From an uncultured virus (IMG/VR IMGVR_UViG_3300027227_000002) (lineage: Duplodnaviria; Heunggongvirae; Uroviricota; Caudoviricetes; Crassvirales), in IMG/VR virus record IMGVR_UViG_3300027227_000002: a stretch of 26,502 nt of DNA; one strand, written 5' to 3'. The stretch's first letter is position 1. Each line of letters begins with the position of its first letter. The notes beneath the pieces were generated by a model. It was not told where the DNA came from. It saw only the letters and a list, made by a program, of their open reading frames with translations, and searched no databases. The translations under genes and the position numbers were made by a program. This document shows positions 9,518 through 17,896 of this stretch, piece after piece.

Positions 9518-12500
9518 TTATTTGTTCTCTAATTTTTGGATTCTATCGGACAACTCCTTAACCGTTTGCAAAAGTAAGACTGATAGTCTCGTGTAGTTTA
9601 GTGACTCAGGCTGTCCCTCGTCATTGTAATGTACAACCTCAGGGAATAGTTCTGCTACCTCTTCGGCAATCAAACCAATCTCTTGAGTTTGAGTTCCTAT
9701 CTTATTATATCGTACAGGACGAAGTGCATAAACCTTATCTGTTACAGGCTCAAGGTCAACGATGTTTTCCTTGTAACGTCTTGCCGATGTCTCTGAGAAT
9801 GTTCCTTGCACCTCTACATCGTATTGGAAAGTAACGCTTCCTGCTGCGATGATTTGTGGGTCAGGAGAAGATGTGCTCCAGTAGTTTGCGGTTGCGTGAT
9901 TACCCCAGCCGTAGGCTGTGTCCCAGTTAGAACTATTGTTAGAGAAGTCGCTAGAAGTCCAAACCTTTTCCCATCCGTGCCAACCTGATGACCCTTGACG
10001 AGCTCTCCAATACATTCTACCGGGAGTGTCACCAAACCAAAGTTGAGCCTGCCTATCGGCATCATTGGTGAGGTTAACCATAGTAAAGTAATTGGCATAC
10101 GGAATGTTTGAATTTGTTCCGTATTGGCTGTTACTATGATATACTCCCTGTGTGGTTAAGTCATTTAAGTTGGTATTTGCTAACTGAGATACTTGGTTGT
10201 ATAGAAATGCTGACGCTTGCAGTCCATCCACTGTATCTGCATCTAATCCTGAACCAGAACCATCGTTTCCTGCGTGCCAAACAGTGTTTGAGTTTACAGT
10301 TAAAGAACTAAAGTTTGTTTGAGATGTCGTACCGGAATTTCCAGTGATGCTCGTAGCAAGTCCTTTATATGGAACTTCCTGTATTAATTCGCAATCAGAC
10401 AGGTCTCTATCTTCCCAAGTCCAACCGGATGTGTATGAATCTAAAGAGTTGGAAGAATAGACACTCTCTACATATAGTTTTGGCCAATAGCTCGGATCGG
10501 GTATGTAAATAATTACATATCCATCAGGACTTTTTGCAAGGGTAATTGTTGGTGCCCAAGCGCCATTAGATATAGCGGTTCTATTGTAAAATTGGTCAGC
10601 ATAATAATGCCATCCAATAGATAGAGAAACCATTTGTGCGCTACCATATCTAAACCCTTTAATGTTTACTGTAAAGTCCGAACCTCCGTAGTTCCAAGGA
10701 ATAGTAGTCTTTATTCTATATTGAGCAGGGCTTGCGCCTGAATTTAAATCAAGTATGCCTAAAGAGAGCCTTCTGTTTTGCACCGATAAAGTGCCGGAAG
10801 ATGTGCTTAATCTTGATTTAATACTACTATTCCAATCAACAAAATTTACGTATTCTCCGCTGTTTCTTGGACCATAAGAAGAAGACCATAGTCCACCTGC
10901 ATATATTTCGTTTGCAAAACGAGCATTGCCGTTTACATCTAACTTATAACTAGGACTAGTCGTCCCAATACCTACATTTCCAGTGCTACCCGCAATGCGA
11001 ACGCTTTGAAAGAAACTTGTTCCATTGTGACTCCAGAAATCTATTCCTTGGCCAGAGCCACCAGCGCCCGATGCAATACCAAGACCCACACCACTTTGAT
11101 GGAATATCCCATAGTTAACTGTTGGAGTTGAGCCAGCAGTTCCAACCTTTATAGATTGACCGTGAAAAGCAGTAGCTGAAACGTAATTATTATCTACGCT
11201 CAGATATCCATATGGAATATGTATACGTCCAGAATTGTATCCAGAAGCTCCAGTATTTAATTCAATCGTGCCATTGTATCCAGCTACTATTCTTGCGTTT
11301 CTACCTGGGAATTCTAATCTGCCAGTATTTCCATCAAAGCCAACATACCCACCCCAAACATTGTCTTGGTCTTTAAACGTTATGTAGCTACCTAATCCGG
11401 TAAGATTAACCGCAGCTCCAGCAGCAGTAAAGTTTACGGTAGTAGCTGTAGATGCACCCCTTCCAGTAACAGTAGCTAATGTATCCGACTCTGCGGTAAT
11501 GAAACCAGCGTCCTCAATGTCAGAGACAGAAGCCATTTGACTTAGGTCTACCGTATTGCCGTTGCTAATGGTAAGCAGTTTCTCTGCTTGGTTCCACTCA
11601 AGTTCTTGTGAGTCTGTTTCAGAGGTGAGGTATCTACCATCAAGGTCAACGGTTACTGTTCCTCCGTCTTGTTGAGTAAGAGTTAATACACCGTCTGCAG
11701 TGTTAAACGAGGCAGAGTTAATCTTATCGTTGTAGGCTGTGTTCCAGTTAGTAGAATCACCACCTGTTGCGTAGTAAATACCAGCATAGATATTTTGTAG
11801 GCTGTCGTCTGCTCCGCCAGTAAGTCTAAATCCAGCATTGTTGTACCGTATCTGGCCCCAGTATCTGCTTCCCTGATGGAATCTTAACGATACGTACTTA
11901 GCCGAATCACCAGTGTCTGATGAGTATAACTCAAGGTTATAGTCGTTAGCTCCAGCGCTATGAGCTGCGTATGATATGCTTGACTGCCCAGTTACAGTTG
12001 CTGCTGTACTTGCACTTCCGGCAGAAGATGCATAATTTACAGACTGAGACCCAATATTTCCAGAGTGAACAAGAGTCGTCCAAGAAGTCCATACACCAGC
12101 AGCACTACGGCTTCTAAATGCCATAGTGCTAGTTGGGTCGGTATCAATATAAATCTGAGCTCCATATACTGATGTAGTTCCAGCCCAAGTCATACCTAAG
12201 ATATGACCATCGTTTCCGCCAGGTCCTAGAGCAAGTGTGTGAATAAAAGAATGCCCAGCGTCGGGAAGTGCTGAGTCTGCCGCAACAACAGTTGTTCCAT
12301 TAGGGCTAACGAGCTTTGTTGGTGTTGGAACACTTGTAATATACCCCTGACTAGTAACAAACTCCTCAGTAGCCAATCCATCCAACGTAACAGTATTACC
12401 GTTAGAGATAGTTAGGTTCTTACCTCCAGCTTCCCAATCAAGTGTTTGTGAGTCCGTCTCTGAGGTGAGGTAGCCTTGAGCTTGTACCCAAGTTCGAGTT

Positions 12501-14494
12501 GCTAAGACGTTACCATTCCAAGTTGCGTTACCAGAAGTTGAAAGACGAACTTCAGTTCCACCAGAACCCTGTATGTTTAGAATTGAATCGTTTACGTGAA
12601 TACCACCAATTTGTACCCCGCTGCGGTATGCAGATAGAGCCCATATACCCTCGGAAGCATTTACAGCAAACTTCTCATTTGATGCCGCCTCTCTTCCGAT
12701 ACCAACACCGTAAGTATTGATGTTTGAACGAACAGCTCCATTTACATAGAAGTCTGTTCTTCCGTGAGTATATGTGGCAGAATTTTTTTGTCCAGTTAAC
12801 TGCCCAATACTAAGTACACCACTAGCAGCACCTGGAGAGCCAGGAACATAATTAATCTCTATTTGCTGGTCCCAATCCCAAGATGATGAAATTACTAACG
12901 ATGGATTGTTGTTGCCAATTAGCCAAAGATGTCCATCCCCGTATCCAAGAAGGTCAACGGTGTTGTATCTAACACGCTCATAGCCTTGGCTAAGTCTAGC
13001 AACTACAGCATCGGTAGTTCCAAGAAGGTCTAATTTGTAAGAAGGGTTAGTTGTTCCAATACCAAGTCCATTCGGCTTAATAGTCGCAATCTGAGTGCCA
13101 CCAGTGCTGTGTGTGTCAGCAGTATGTGTCCAGAACTGAATCTCAGTAGCTGGATTTGACTCGTAAATATTACCACCAATTACAACAGCGTTCTGACCAT
13201 TCTGAGCAAGACCGCCAATAAGAGTAAAACCTTCTGGCTCCGTAGACGAATTAAAATGCTGTGCGGTAATGTATGCCCACTTAGGTGCGCCATCGCTGTA
13301 TGGACCAAGTTGAAGGTTACCACCAGCAGCATTACCAGCAGTTCTAATTTGAAGCGTAGTATTTGAAATATTACCTCTCGCCGCAACGGTTGCTAACGTA
13401 TCAGACTCAGCAGTCAAGTAATTACCCTGCGCTTGGAATGGTAAAGTAGAAAGGTCTACTGATTCGTTGTAAGCACCACCTTCACCAGTAAATACAAGGT
13501 TTGTGTCTACAACCTTTACATCTGAGATGTAGTTGTTCTCGTATGATGTTAGATACCCTGCTGATGCGTGATTACCCCATCCATAAGCGGTATTCCAGTT
13601 GGTAGAATTATTCGTAGTTGTGTACCAAGAGGAGGCTGTATAGATAGGGTCTGTCTCTGTATAGGAAGTTAGGTATCCTGCCTCACTATGGTCTCCCCAC
13701 CCATAGGCGGTATCCCAAGCAGTGATGTCCTCTGTTCTAACATTATAAGCAGCAGACTGTGTAAATACAGGGTCTGTCTCAGTAAACGAGGTAAGGTACC
13801 CTTGCTGACCTACCCAAGTCTCCGTAGCGTAGCCCGTAAGGTCTGTGGTGACCGTCTGCCAAGTGCCATCAGCACGCAAGAACTTTCCAGTATCATCAAA
13901 ACCCGAAGCAGGAACAAAACCGTTAGAGCCAGCAATAATAACCTCCTCGCCACCAACGACCTCAGAAGTCGCCTGAGTGAATACATTGTGCGTGTGGGAA
14001 GTAAGAGAATAGAGACCTGCGTGGTTACCCCACCCGTAAGCCGTGTCCCAGTTGCTTGAGTTGTTAATAGTGGTATACCAAGACGAAGCCGTATAAATAG
14101 GGTCAGACTCCGTATAAGAGGTTAAGAAGTTCGGAGACCAGTTAACCCAAGCACTTCCGTTCCAAGACAGCAACTGACCTACAGCCGTTGTGCCGATTGT
14201 TACATCACCAAGAGCGCCAATAGACGATGCGCTATTTAAAAACGATGGGGTCTTGTTATACCATACATTAACACCGGGGTCTCCGCCAAGCGGTTGCCCA
14301 TAAACTAAAATCTGATCAGCGGATGGGTTGCTAACCACAACATCAGTAAGCGAATTTAAATCTCCATAGGAAACGCTGCTTACATAATCGGTTCCAGCAA
14401 CAGCCTCAACTATTAGGCCGTCGGAATTAACCTTTAGTATCGATCCACTCGCAAGTCCCGCTAGTGTTACACTACTTAAAAATTTTTGAGACAT
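9518..14494 (-). CDS. Long tail fibre with C-terminal intramolecular chaperone (peptidase S74)
   Basis: 1658 aa with WDTAYGWGNHA and ESDTLATV repeats, GNVGIGTTSPS, GNDGSGSGLDAD and a knob-like NLNDLTTQGVY...W..W segment. C-terminal TSARRYKENIVDL...IGLIAEEV...LNYTRL. Confidence 0.92.
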   Translation of the reverse strand: MSQKFLSSVTLAGLASGSILKVNSDGLIVEAVAGTDYVSSVSYGDLNSLTDVVVSNPSADQILVYGQPLGGDPGVNVWYNKTPSFLNSASSIGALGDVTIGTTAVGQLLSWNGSAWVNWSPNFLTSYTESDPIYTASSWYTTINNSSNWDTAYGWGNHAGLYSLTSHTHNVFTQATSEVVGGEEVIIAGSNGFVPASGFDDTGKFLRADGTWQTVTTDLTGYATETWVGQQGYLTSFTETDPVFTQSAAYNVRTEDITAWDTAYGWGDHSEAGYLTSYTETDPIYTASSWYTTTNNSTNWNTAYGWGNHASAGYLTSYENNYISDVKVVDTNLVFTGEGGAYNESVDLSTLPFQAQGNYLTAESDTLATVAARGNISNTTLQIRTAGNAAGGNLQLGPYSDGAPKWAYITAQHFNSSTEPEGFTLIGGLAQNGQNAVVIGGNIYESNPATEIQFWTHTADTHSTGGTQIATIKPNGLGIGTTNPSYKLDLLGTTDAVVARLSQGYERVRYNTVDLLGYGDGHLWLIGNNNPSLVISSSWDWDQQIEINYVPGSPGAASGVLSIGQLTGQKNSATYTHGRTDFYVNGAVRSNINTYGVGIGREAASNEKFAVNASEGIWALSAYRSGVQIGGIHVNDSILNIQGSGGTEVRLSTSGNATWNGNVLATRTWVQAQGYLTSETDSQTLDWEAGGKNLTISNGNTVTLDGLATEEFVTSQGYITSVPTPTKLVSPNGTTVVAADSALPDAGHSFIHTLALGPGGNDGHILGMTWAGTTSVYGAQIYIDTDPTSTMAFRSRSAAGVWTSWTTLVHSGNIGSQSVNYASSAGSASTAATVTGQSSISYAAHSAGANDYNLELYSSDTGDSAKYVSLRFHQGSRYWGQIRYNNAGFRLTGGADDSLQNIYAGIYYATGGDSTNWNTAYNDKINSASFNTADGVLTLTQQDGGTVTVDLDGRYLTSETDSQELEWNQAEKLLTISNGNTVDLSQMASVSDIEDAGFITAESDTLATVTGRGASTATTVNFTAAGAAVNLTGLGSYITFKDQDNVWGGYVGFDGNTGRLEFPGRNARIVAGYNGTIELNTGASGYNSGRIHIPYGYLSVDNNYVSATAFHGQSIKVGTAGSTPTVNYGIFHQSGVGLGIASGAGGSGQGIDFWSHNGTSFFQSVRIAGSTGNVGIGTTSPSYKLDVNGNARFANEIYAGGLWSSSYGPRNSGEYVNFVDWNSSIKSRLSTSSGTLSVQNRRLSLGILDLNSGASPAQYRIKTTIPWNYGGSDFTVNIKGFRYGSAQMVSLSIGWHYYADQFYNRTAISNGAWAPTITLAKSPDGYVIIYIPDPSYWPKLYVESVYSSNSLDSYTSGWTWEDRDLSDCELIQEVPYKGLATSITGNSGTTSQTNFSSLTVNSNTVWHAGNDGSGSGLDADTVDGLQASAFLYNQVSQLANTNLNDLTTQGVYHSNSQYGTNSNIPYANYFTMVNLTNDADRQAQLWFGDTPGRMYWRARQGSSGWHGWEKVWTSSDFSNNSSNWDTAYGWGNHATANYWSTSSPDPQIIAAGSVTFQYDVEVQGTFSETSARRYKENIVDLEPVTDKVYALRPVRYNKIGTQTQEIGLIAEEVAELFPEVVHYNDEGQPESLNYTRLSVLLLQTVKELSDRIQKLENK

Positions 14495-14517
14495 ATTCTT
14501 TGTGATCTACTGATTGT

Positions 14518-14525
14518 CAAAAATA
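14518..14525 (-). promoter_or_regulatory. Bacteroidetes-type -7 promoter box (TATTTTTG) for the tail fibre genes
   Basis: CAAAAATA on +, 23 nt upstream of the ATG at 14494 and immediately after a terminator. Confidence 0.6.
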
Positions 14526-14527
14526 CG

Positions 14528-14560
14528 AAAAAAAGAAGGGGCTTGGTTTAAGCCAGCCCC
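14528..14560 (-). terminator. Rho-independent terminator
   Basis: GGGGCTTGG-TTTAAG-CCAGCCCC hairpin (14538-14560, one bulge) with A7 at 14528-14534. Confidence 0.6.
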
Positions 14561-14590
14561 CACTCTTATTGTGATTATAATTTATAGAAA

Positions 14591-15802
14591 TCAAGGCTCC
14601 GAAGGACCTAGGCCTTCATACACAAGGCTGTCTCCATTTAGCTTAGCGGCAGACAAGATCGCGATATAGTCACCCTCCCCAACAGTGAGAGAGAATGAAA
14701 CCTTAACGGTTGATGTTGTTGGGCGAAGCACGTCTACGTGTACAGTCTCAAATGTTGTTGAGTCAACTACCTGAACCATGATACGCTGCGTGTTGTAGTC
14801 GTGAGTGATAGTATACACATTACCAACCTTGCTAACAGAGCCCTGTGTTGAGTCAAGCGTGAACCACTTAGGAGCGCCAAGGAGGTTAGCAATCGTGTTT
14901 ACGTTGGCCTTCTTAATAATACCCGTCTGCCCAATCGCATTCTCATACATATAGAAGAAGTCCGTGCCTGAGGGTGTCATTGTATCTACGACGCCAATAT
15001 GGAACTTCTGGTCAACAGTAGAGAACTGGTCGTTGGTCTCGTCCCAGATGAAGCTTACGTTTGCATCCGTTCCGCGCTCAACTTCAAAGCCTGCATTTTG
15101 AGTAGCGGCTCCTGTCTCATCAGAGTTCAACTTGATGATAGAATCACCGATGTTTACCTCGTTAGAGTTTACACTTGTGGTGGTTCCGTTTACGGTAAGG
15201 TTTCCGGCGATAATAACCGCAGCGCCACCAAAAGTAATTGTCTCGTTACTGCTCTGGTCTACCGTGCGCGTGATGTCCGGCTGCTCAAGCTGATTAGCGC
15301 CCCACATCAACAACTTGTACTGTGTGAGGTTGCCAGAGTTCTTCAACTCAACATCATTGGCATTTACCGTGATACCCGTACCTGCCCCAACAGCAAACGT
15401 GCGAGAGGTAGTGATATCACCACCACCAGTCAAACCAGCACCTGCCGTAAGGTCAATACTATTGTGCGCAACGTTGCGTGTATGAAGCGTATCAAGAGCA
15501 ACGTCATCGTTGTTTACGACAATACCAGTACCAGCACCAACAGCAAGTGTTACATCACCAGATGTTGCATCACCCGTAAGACCGGCTCCTGCGGTAATTG
15601 AACGAATGTCTCCAGAAACATCTAACCAGTCCGTTCCGTTAGAGAAACGCATTACATTGTTTGTGGAGTCGTAGATAATACGACCAACGTGAGAGGCAGC
15701 GGCAAGTCCGCCTATCTCAGCAAAAGTTGCAAATTGTGGTTTGGCATTGATTAACTCAAGTCCTCCAAGATCAATCGGCGATAAAAATTTAATAGCAGCC
15801 AT
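14591..15802 (-). CDS. Virion structural/fibre-like protein
   Basis: 403 aa with ITAGAGLTG/VGAGTGI repeats, IAGNLTVNGTTTSVNS...GFEVERG...WDET and a C-terminal YTITHDYNT...VQV domain. Confidence 0.8.
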   Translation of the reverse strand: MAAIKFLSPIDLGGLELINAKPQFATFAEIGGLAAASHVGRIIYDSTNNVMRFSNGTDWLDVSGDIRSITAGAGLTGDATSGDVTLAVGAGTGIVVNNDDVALDTLHTRNVAHNSIDLTAGAGLTGGGDITTSRTFAVGAGTGITVNANDVELKNSGNLTQYKLLMWGANQLEQPDITRTVDQSSNETITFGGAAVIIAGNLTVNGTTTSVNSNEVNIGDSIIKLNSDETGAATQNAGFEVERGTDANVSFIWDETNDQFSTVDQKFHIGVVDTMTPSGTDFFYMYENAIGQTGIIKKANVNTIANLLGAPKWFTLDSTQGSVSKVGNVYTITHDYNTQRIMVQVVDSTTFETVHVDVLRPTTSTVKVSFSLTVGEGDYIAILSAAKLNGDSLVYEGLGPSEP

Positions 15803-15807
15803 AGCGA

Positions 15808-16137
15808 TTAGTTAAAGTATGCCTTGCCTGAAAAGGCTCCGGCATCAAAGGTTATTGTTACATTGTTATTGTCGACATAGTTAATACTACCATGTACTAC
15901 GTTATCTAAGGAGCTCACCACCGTAACGGACGGCTTCTTCCCTAGGTTATGCTGAACCATCCACGTGGCAGCAGGCGTCCCCTGCTCGTAGACAAAGTGT
16001 TGGTCTCCGCGACCAGCAACAATGCCGGCTACAGAGATTTTACTTGCTGGCTGAGAAACAACAGAAACCCCAGACACGCTGGCGACATTGATGTCGATGT
16101 TTACATCAGCTCCGTCTACTACGGTTATACTACTCAT
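15808..16137 (-). CDS. Virion structural protein (HNLG motif)
   Basis: WMVQHNLGKKPSVTVV...YVDNNNVTITF...FSGKAYFN, a motif common in phage tail modules. Confidence 0.75.
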   Translation of the reverse strand: MSSITVVDGADVNIDINVASVSGVSVVSQPASKISVAGIVAGRGDQHFVYEQGTPAATWMVQHNLGKKPSVTVVSSLDNVVHGSINYVDNNNVTITFDAGAFSGKAYFN

Positions 16138-16499
16138 GGGGTGATGTCCTCATTAATTTTAAATATTCCGTAGATCCAAGTCTTCACAAGGTCTTGGCTT
16201 GTGTCTTTGCTCTGCAAATCGTATACAAAAACGCCAGACTGTACAGTCTCCATGACGGAGTATGGACACGTCACCGTAAGCTCATTGAGGTTTACGACAA
16301 CATAATTAAGACTATCGTGTGCTATTACGTCATCAACCGAAGTGCCCGTTTGCTTTACTGACATCTTAAAGGTGTGATCACTAACATCCATGGCCTGTCC
16401 GCTGTCGTCCGTAAACGTCAACTGAATCTGAAAAGAATCGCCTTTACGACACGTAATGTCAACCCTTTTAGAGATATCTAGATTTATACTATCTGCCAT
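16134..16499 (-). CDS. BppU-like / baseplate-associated beta-sandwich protein
   Basis: DITCRKGDSFQIQLTFTD...GVFVYDLQ...TWIYGIFKINEDIT pattern; ATGA overlap with the next gene. Confidence 0.65.
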   Translation of the reverse strand: MADSINLDISKRVDITCRKGDSFQIQLTFTDDSGQAMDVSDHTFKMSVKQTGTSVDDVIAHDSLNYVVVNLNELTVTCPYSVMETVQSGVFVYDLQSKDTSQDLVKTWIYGIFKINEDITP

Positions 16500-16503
16500 A
16501 ATG

Positions 16504-16511
16504 CAAAGATA
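16504..16511 (-). promoter_or_regulatory. Bacteroidetes-type -7 promoter box (TATCTTTG), 4 nt before ATG
   Basis: CAAAGATA on +. Confidence 0.65.
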
Positions 16512-16517
16512 TGATTT

Positions 16518-16790
16518 TTAATATTTCCCTTTCTTGCCCTTTGGAGATGCGGCAGTGCTACCCCCGGGTCCAGCCCACAGGTTCTTACATGCCCAGTACT
16601 TGGGGGTCAGCTTATTGGTAGCCGTGCTGCATTTGTGACGAGCCTTAAAACTCTTTCGCGCCGCGGCACTATAGTTATGCCCGTATCCCGTGGCACCGAA
16701 ATGAATGAGCTTCTCCTGCCCATTAGCACAGGCCTTGACCATTTTTTTCTTGCCTTGTCTGTCGGATTTTGTAGGCCTATTGCAGGCCAT
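16518..16790 (-). CDS. Basic Cys/His-containing conserved phage protein (RKSFKARHKC...YWAC)
   Basis: Likely start is the ATG at 16790 (MACNRPTKS...), 7 nt after the upstream stop. Lys-rich, with KLIHFG and ARKSFKARHKC motifs. Confidence 0.75.
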   Translation of the reverse strand: MACNRPTKSDRQGKKKMVKACANGQEKLIHFGATGYGHNYSAAARKSFKARHKCSTATNKLTPKYWACKNLWAGPGGSTAASPKGKKGKY

Positions 16791-16797
16791 CTTGCTT

Positions 16798-16917
16798 TTA
16801 TTTGCCACCGACACGCTTAGTTACTGGCACGCAGTTAGGTACAGTGCGTCCGCCCTTCTTCTTAGTGCCGACCATCTCGTATCCCTTCCAGCATGCCTTG
16901 TTCATTTTCTTAGCCAT
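16798..16917 (-). CDS. Small basic phage protein (CWKGY...VPNCVP motif, 39 aa)
   Basis: Hand translation: MAKKMNKACWKGYEMVGTKKKGGRTVPNCVPVTKRVGGK*. It lies 17 nt downstream of the -7 box at 16935-16942. Confidence 0.75.
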   Translation of the reverse strand: MAKKMNKACWKGYEMVGTKKKGGRTVPNCVPVTKRVGGK

Positions 16918-16922
16918 GGATC

Positions 16923-16943
16923 TTATCTTTGATACAAAGATAA
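16923..16943. promoter_or_regulatory. Palindrome made of two face-to-face -7 promoter boxes
   Basis: TTATCTTTG-ATA-CAAAGATAA: TATCTTTG on + (16924-16931) and TATCTTTG on - (16935-16942), each 17 nt from the ATG of the gene it would transcribe. Confidence 0.7.
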
Positions 16944-16948
16944 ATCAA

Positions 16949-17521
16949 ATGAAATACCCACTTACGAAGGCCGAGCTCAAGCTCAAGGCCAAGCTAGAGA
17001 ACAAGAAAAAGGTCAAGGAACGTAAGGTCAACAGGACAATAAAGAAGACACTCACCTACAGGTACCAACGTACCATGCCTGAACACGACTACATGAAGTA
17101 CTGGCGTGTTATACGCTTCTGGGCGATGACAAAGTACGGCGTCAGACACGTGGACCTTGATATGCTCTTCTTCCTATACTCGGAGCCCTACTTTAATAAG
17201 ACGCAGTTCGAGGAGTTCAATGAGATATTCTCATGGGACAAGGGGCGGTTCAGCCGCCTTATAGACCTAGGGTGGATACACGTATGGCGCAAGGAGAGCT
17301 CCCGCGGCGTCAACCTCTATGAGCTCACCCGCAAGGCGAGGCTGATGGTCGCCGACGTATACAATAAATTAAATGGTGAGGAGATAGACTCCGACATCTT
17401 CGGCAAGGACCCCACCTACTCGCAGAAGGTCTACCGCAACTACATTAAAAAGCTCAGCGATGAGCGTAAACAAGAATTACGTCGCGCTCAGCTATCACGT
17501 GGTACGTCTCCCCGCCGATGA
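16949..17521 (+). CDS. Putative winged-helix DNA-binding protein
   Basis: Likely start is the ATG at 16949 (MKYPLTKAEL), after a + strand -7 box. LDMLFFLY...RFSRLIDLGWIHVWRK...LYELTRKARLMV resembles a MarR-like wHTH recognition helix and wing. It is the only + strand gene in the left 20 kb. Confidence 0.6.
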   Translation: MKYPLTKAELKLKAKLENKKKVKERKVNRTIKKTLTYRYQRTMPEHDYMKYWRVIRFWAMTKYGVRHVDLDMLFFLYSEPYFNKTQFEEFNEIFSWDKGRFSRLIDLGWIHVWRKESSRGVNLYELTRKARLMVADVYNKLNGEEIDSDIFGKDPTYSQKVYRNYIKKLSDERKQELRRAQLSRGTSPRR

Positions 17522-17717
17522 TCATGGCGTGACCGGCATTGCGGTCGTAGTAGATTTCGTCATTGTCGGCGATTACGCTGACGTCCGACCCTACCTTGAC
17601 GACCGTCGCCCGCTTATAGCGGAATGTGGTGGCGTCATCAGAGAGCAGCAGGCCTGAGTCCGTCTTTATCTGCTCCTCGATGGGTGTTATAATAATATAC
17701 TTACCAATTGGTTTCAT
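17454..17717 (-). CDS. groES: Co-chaperonin GroES (phage-encoded)
   Basis: MKPIGKYIII.PIEEQIKTDSGLLL...VVKVG.DV...DEIYY...YHVIAERDVI, the Cpn10 pattern with a mobile loop; close to groEL. Confidence 0.9.
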   Translation of the reverse strand: MKPIGKYIIITPIEEQIKTDSGLLLSDDATTFRYKRATVVKVGSDVSVIADNDEIYYDRNAGHAMIIGGETYHVIAERDVILVYAHR

Positions 17718-17896
17718 CGTCCCTTTATTTTTTTAATCTTAGACTTCAGCTTACTTATCTTACGCTCGTAGTTCATCTTGTCCTCCATGCGTCGCGCATA
17801 GATGGAACGCATGATGGGCACCGACAGCGCGAACCCAAGGGCCAGCACCACCACTAGCAGCGACACGAGTGTTATACTATAGTCACTCACTGTCAT
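17714..17896 (-). CDS. Small single-TM protein with basic coiled tail
   Basis: 60 aa; overlaps the groEL end by 14 nt and the groES start by ATGA. Confidence 0.6.
   Translation of the reverse strand: MTVSDYSITLVSLLVVVLALGFALSVPIMRSIYARRMEDKMNYERKISKLKSKIKKIKGR

Noticed and set aside
1997..14494. Diversity-generating retroelement or invertible shufflon acting on the fibres
   Set aside because: No reverse transcriptase or invertase in the window, and no adenine-specific TR/VR pair or inverted crossover sites were seen.
5418..15601. Short alternative-frame and antisense ORFs inside the fibre genes (e.g. 14999..15601, 13688..14059, 8968..9399)
   Set aside because: Fully nested in long, well-supported genes and lacking leaders or motifs.
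16802..16948. N-terminal extension of the 239-aa plus-strand ORF
   Set aside because: It overlaps the minus-strand CWKGY gene and the promoter palindrome; ATG 16949 fits better.
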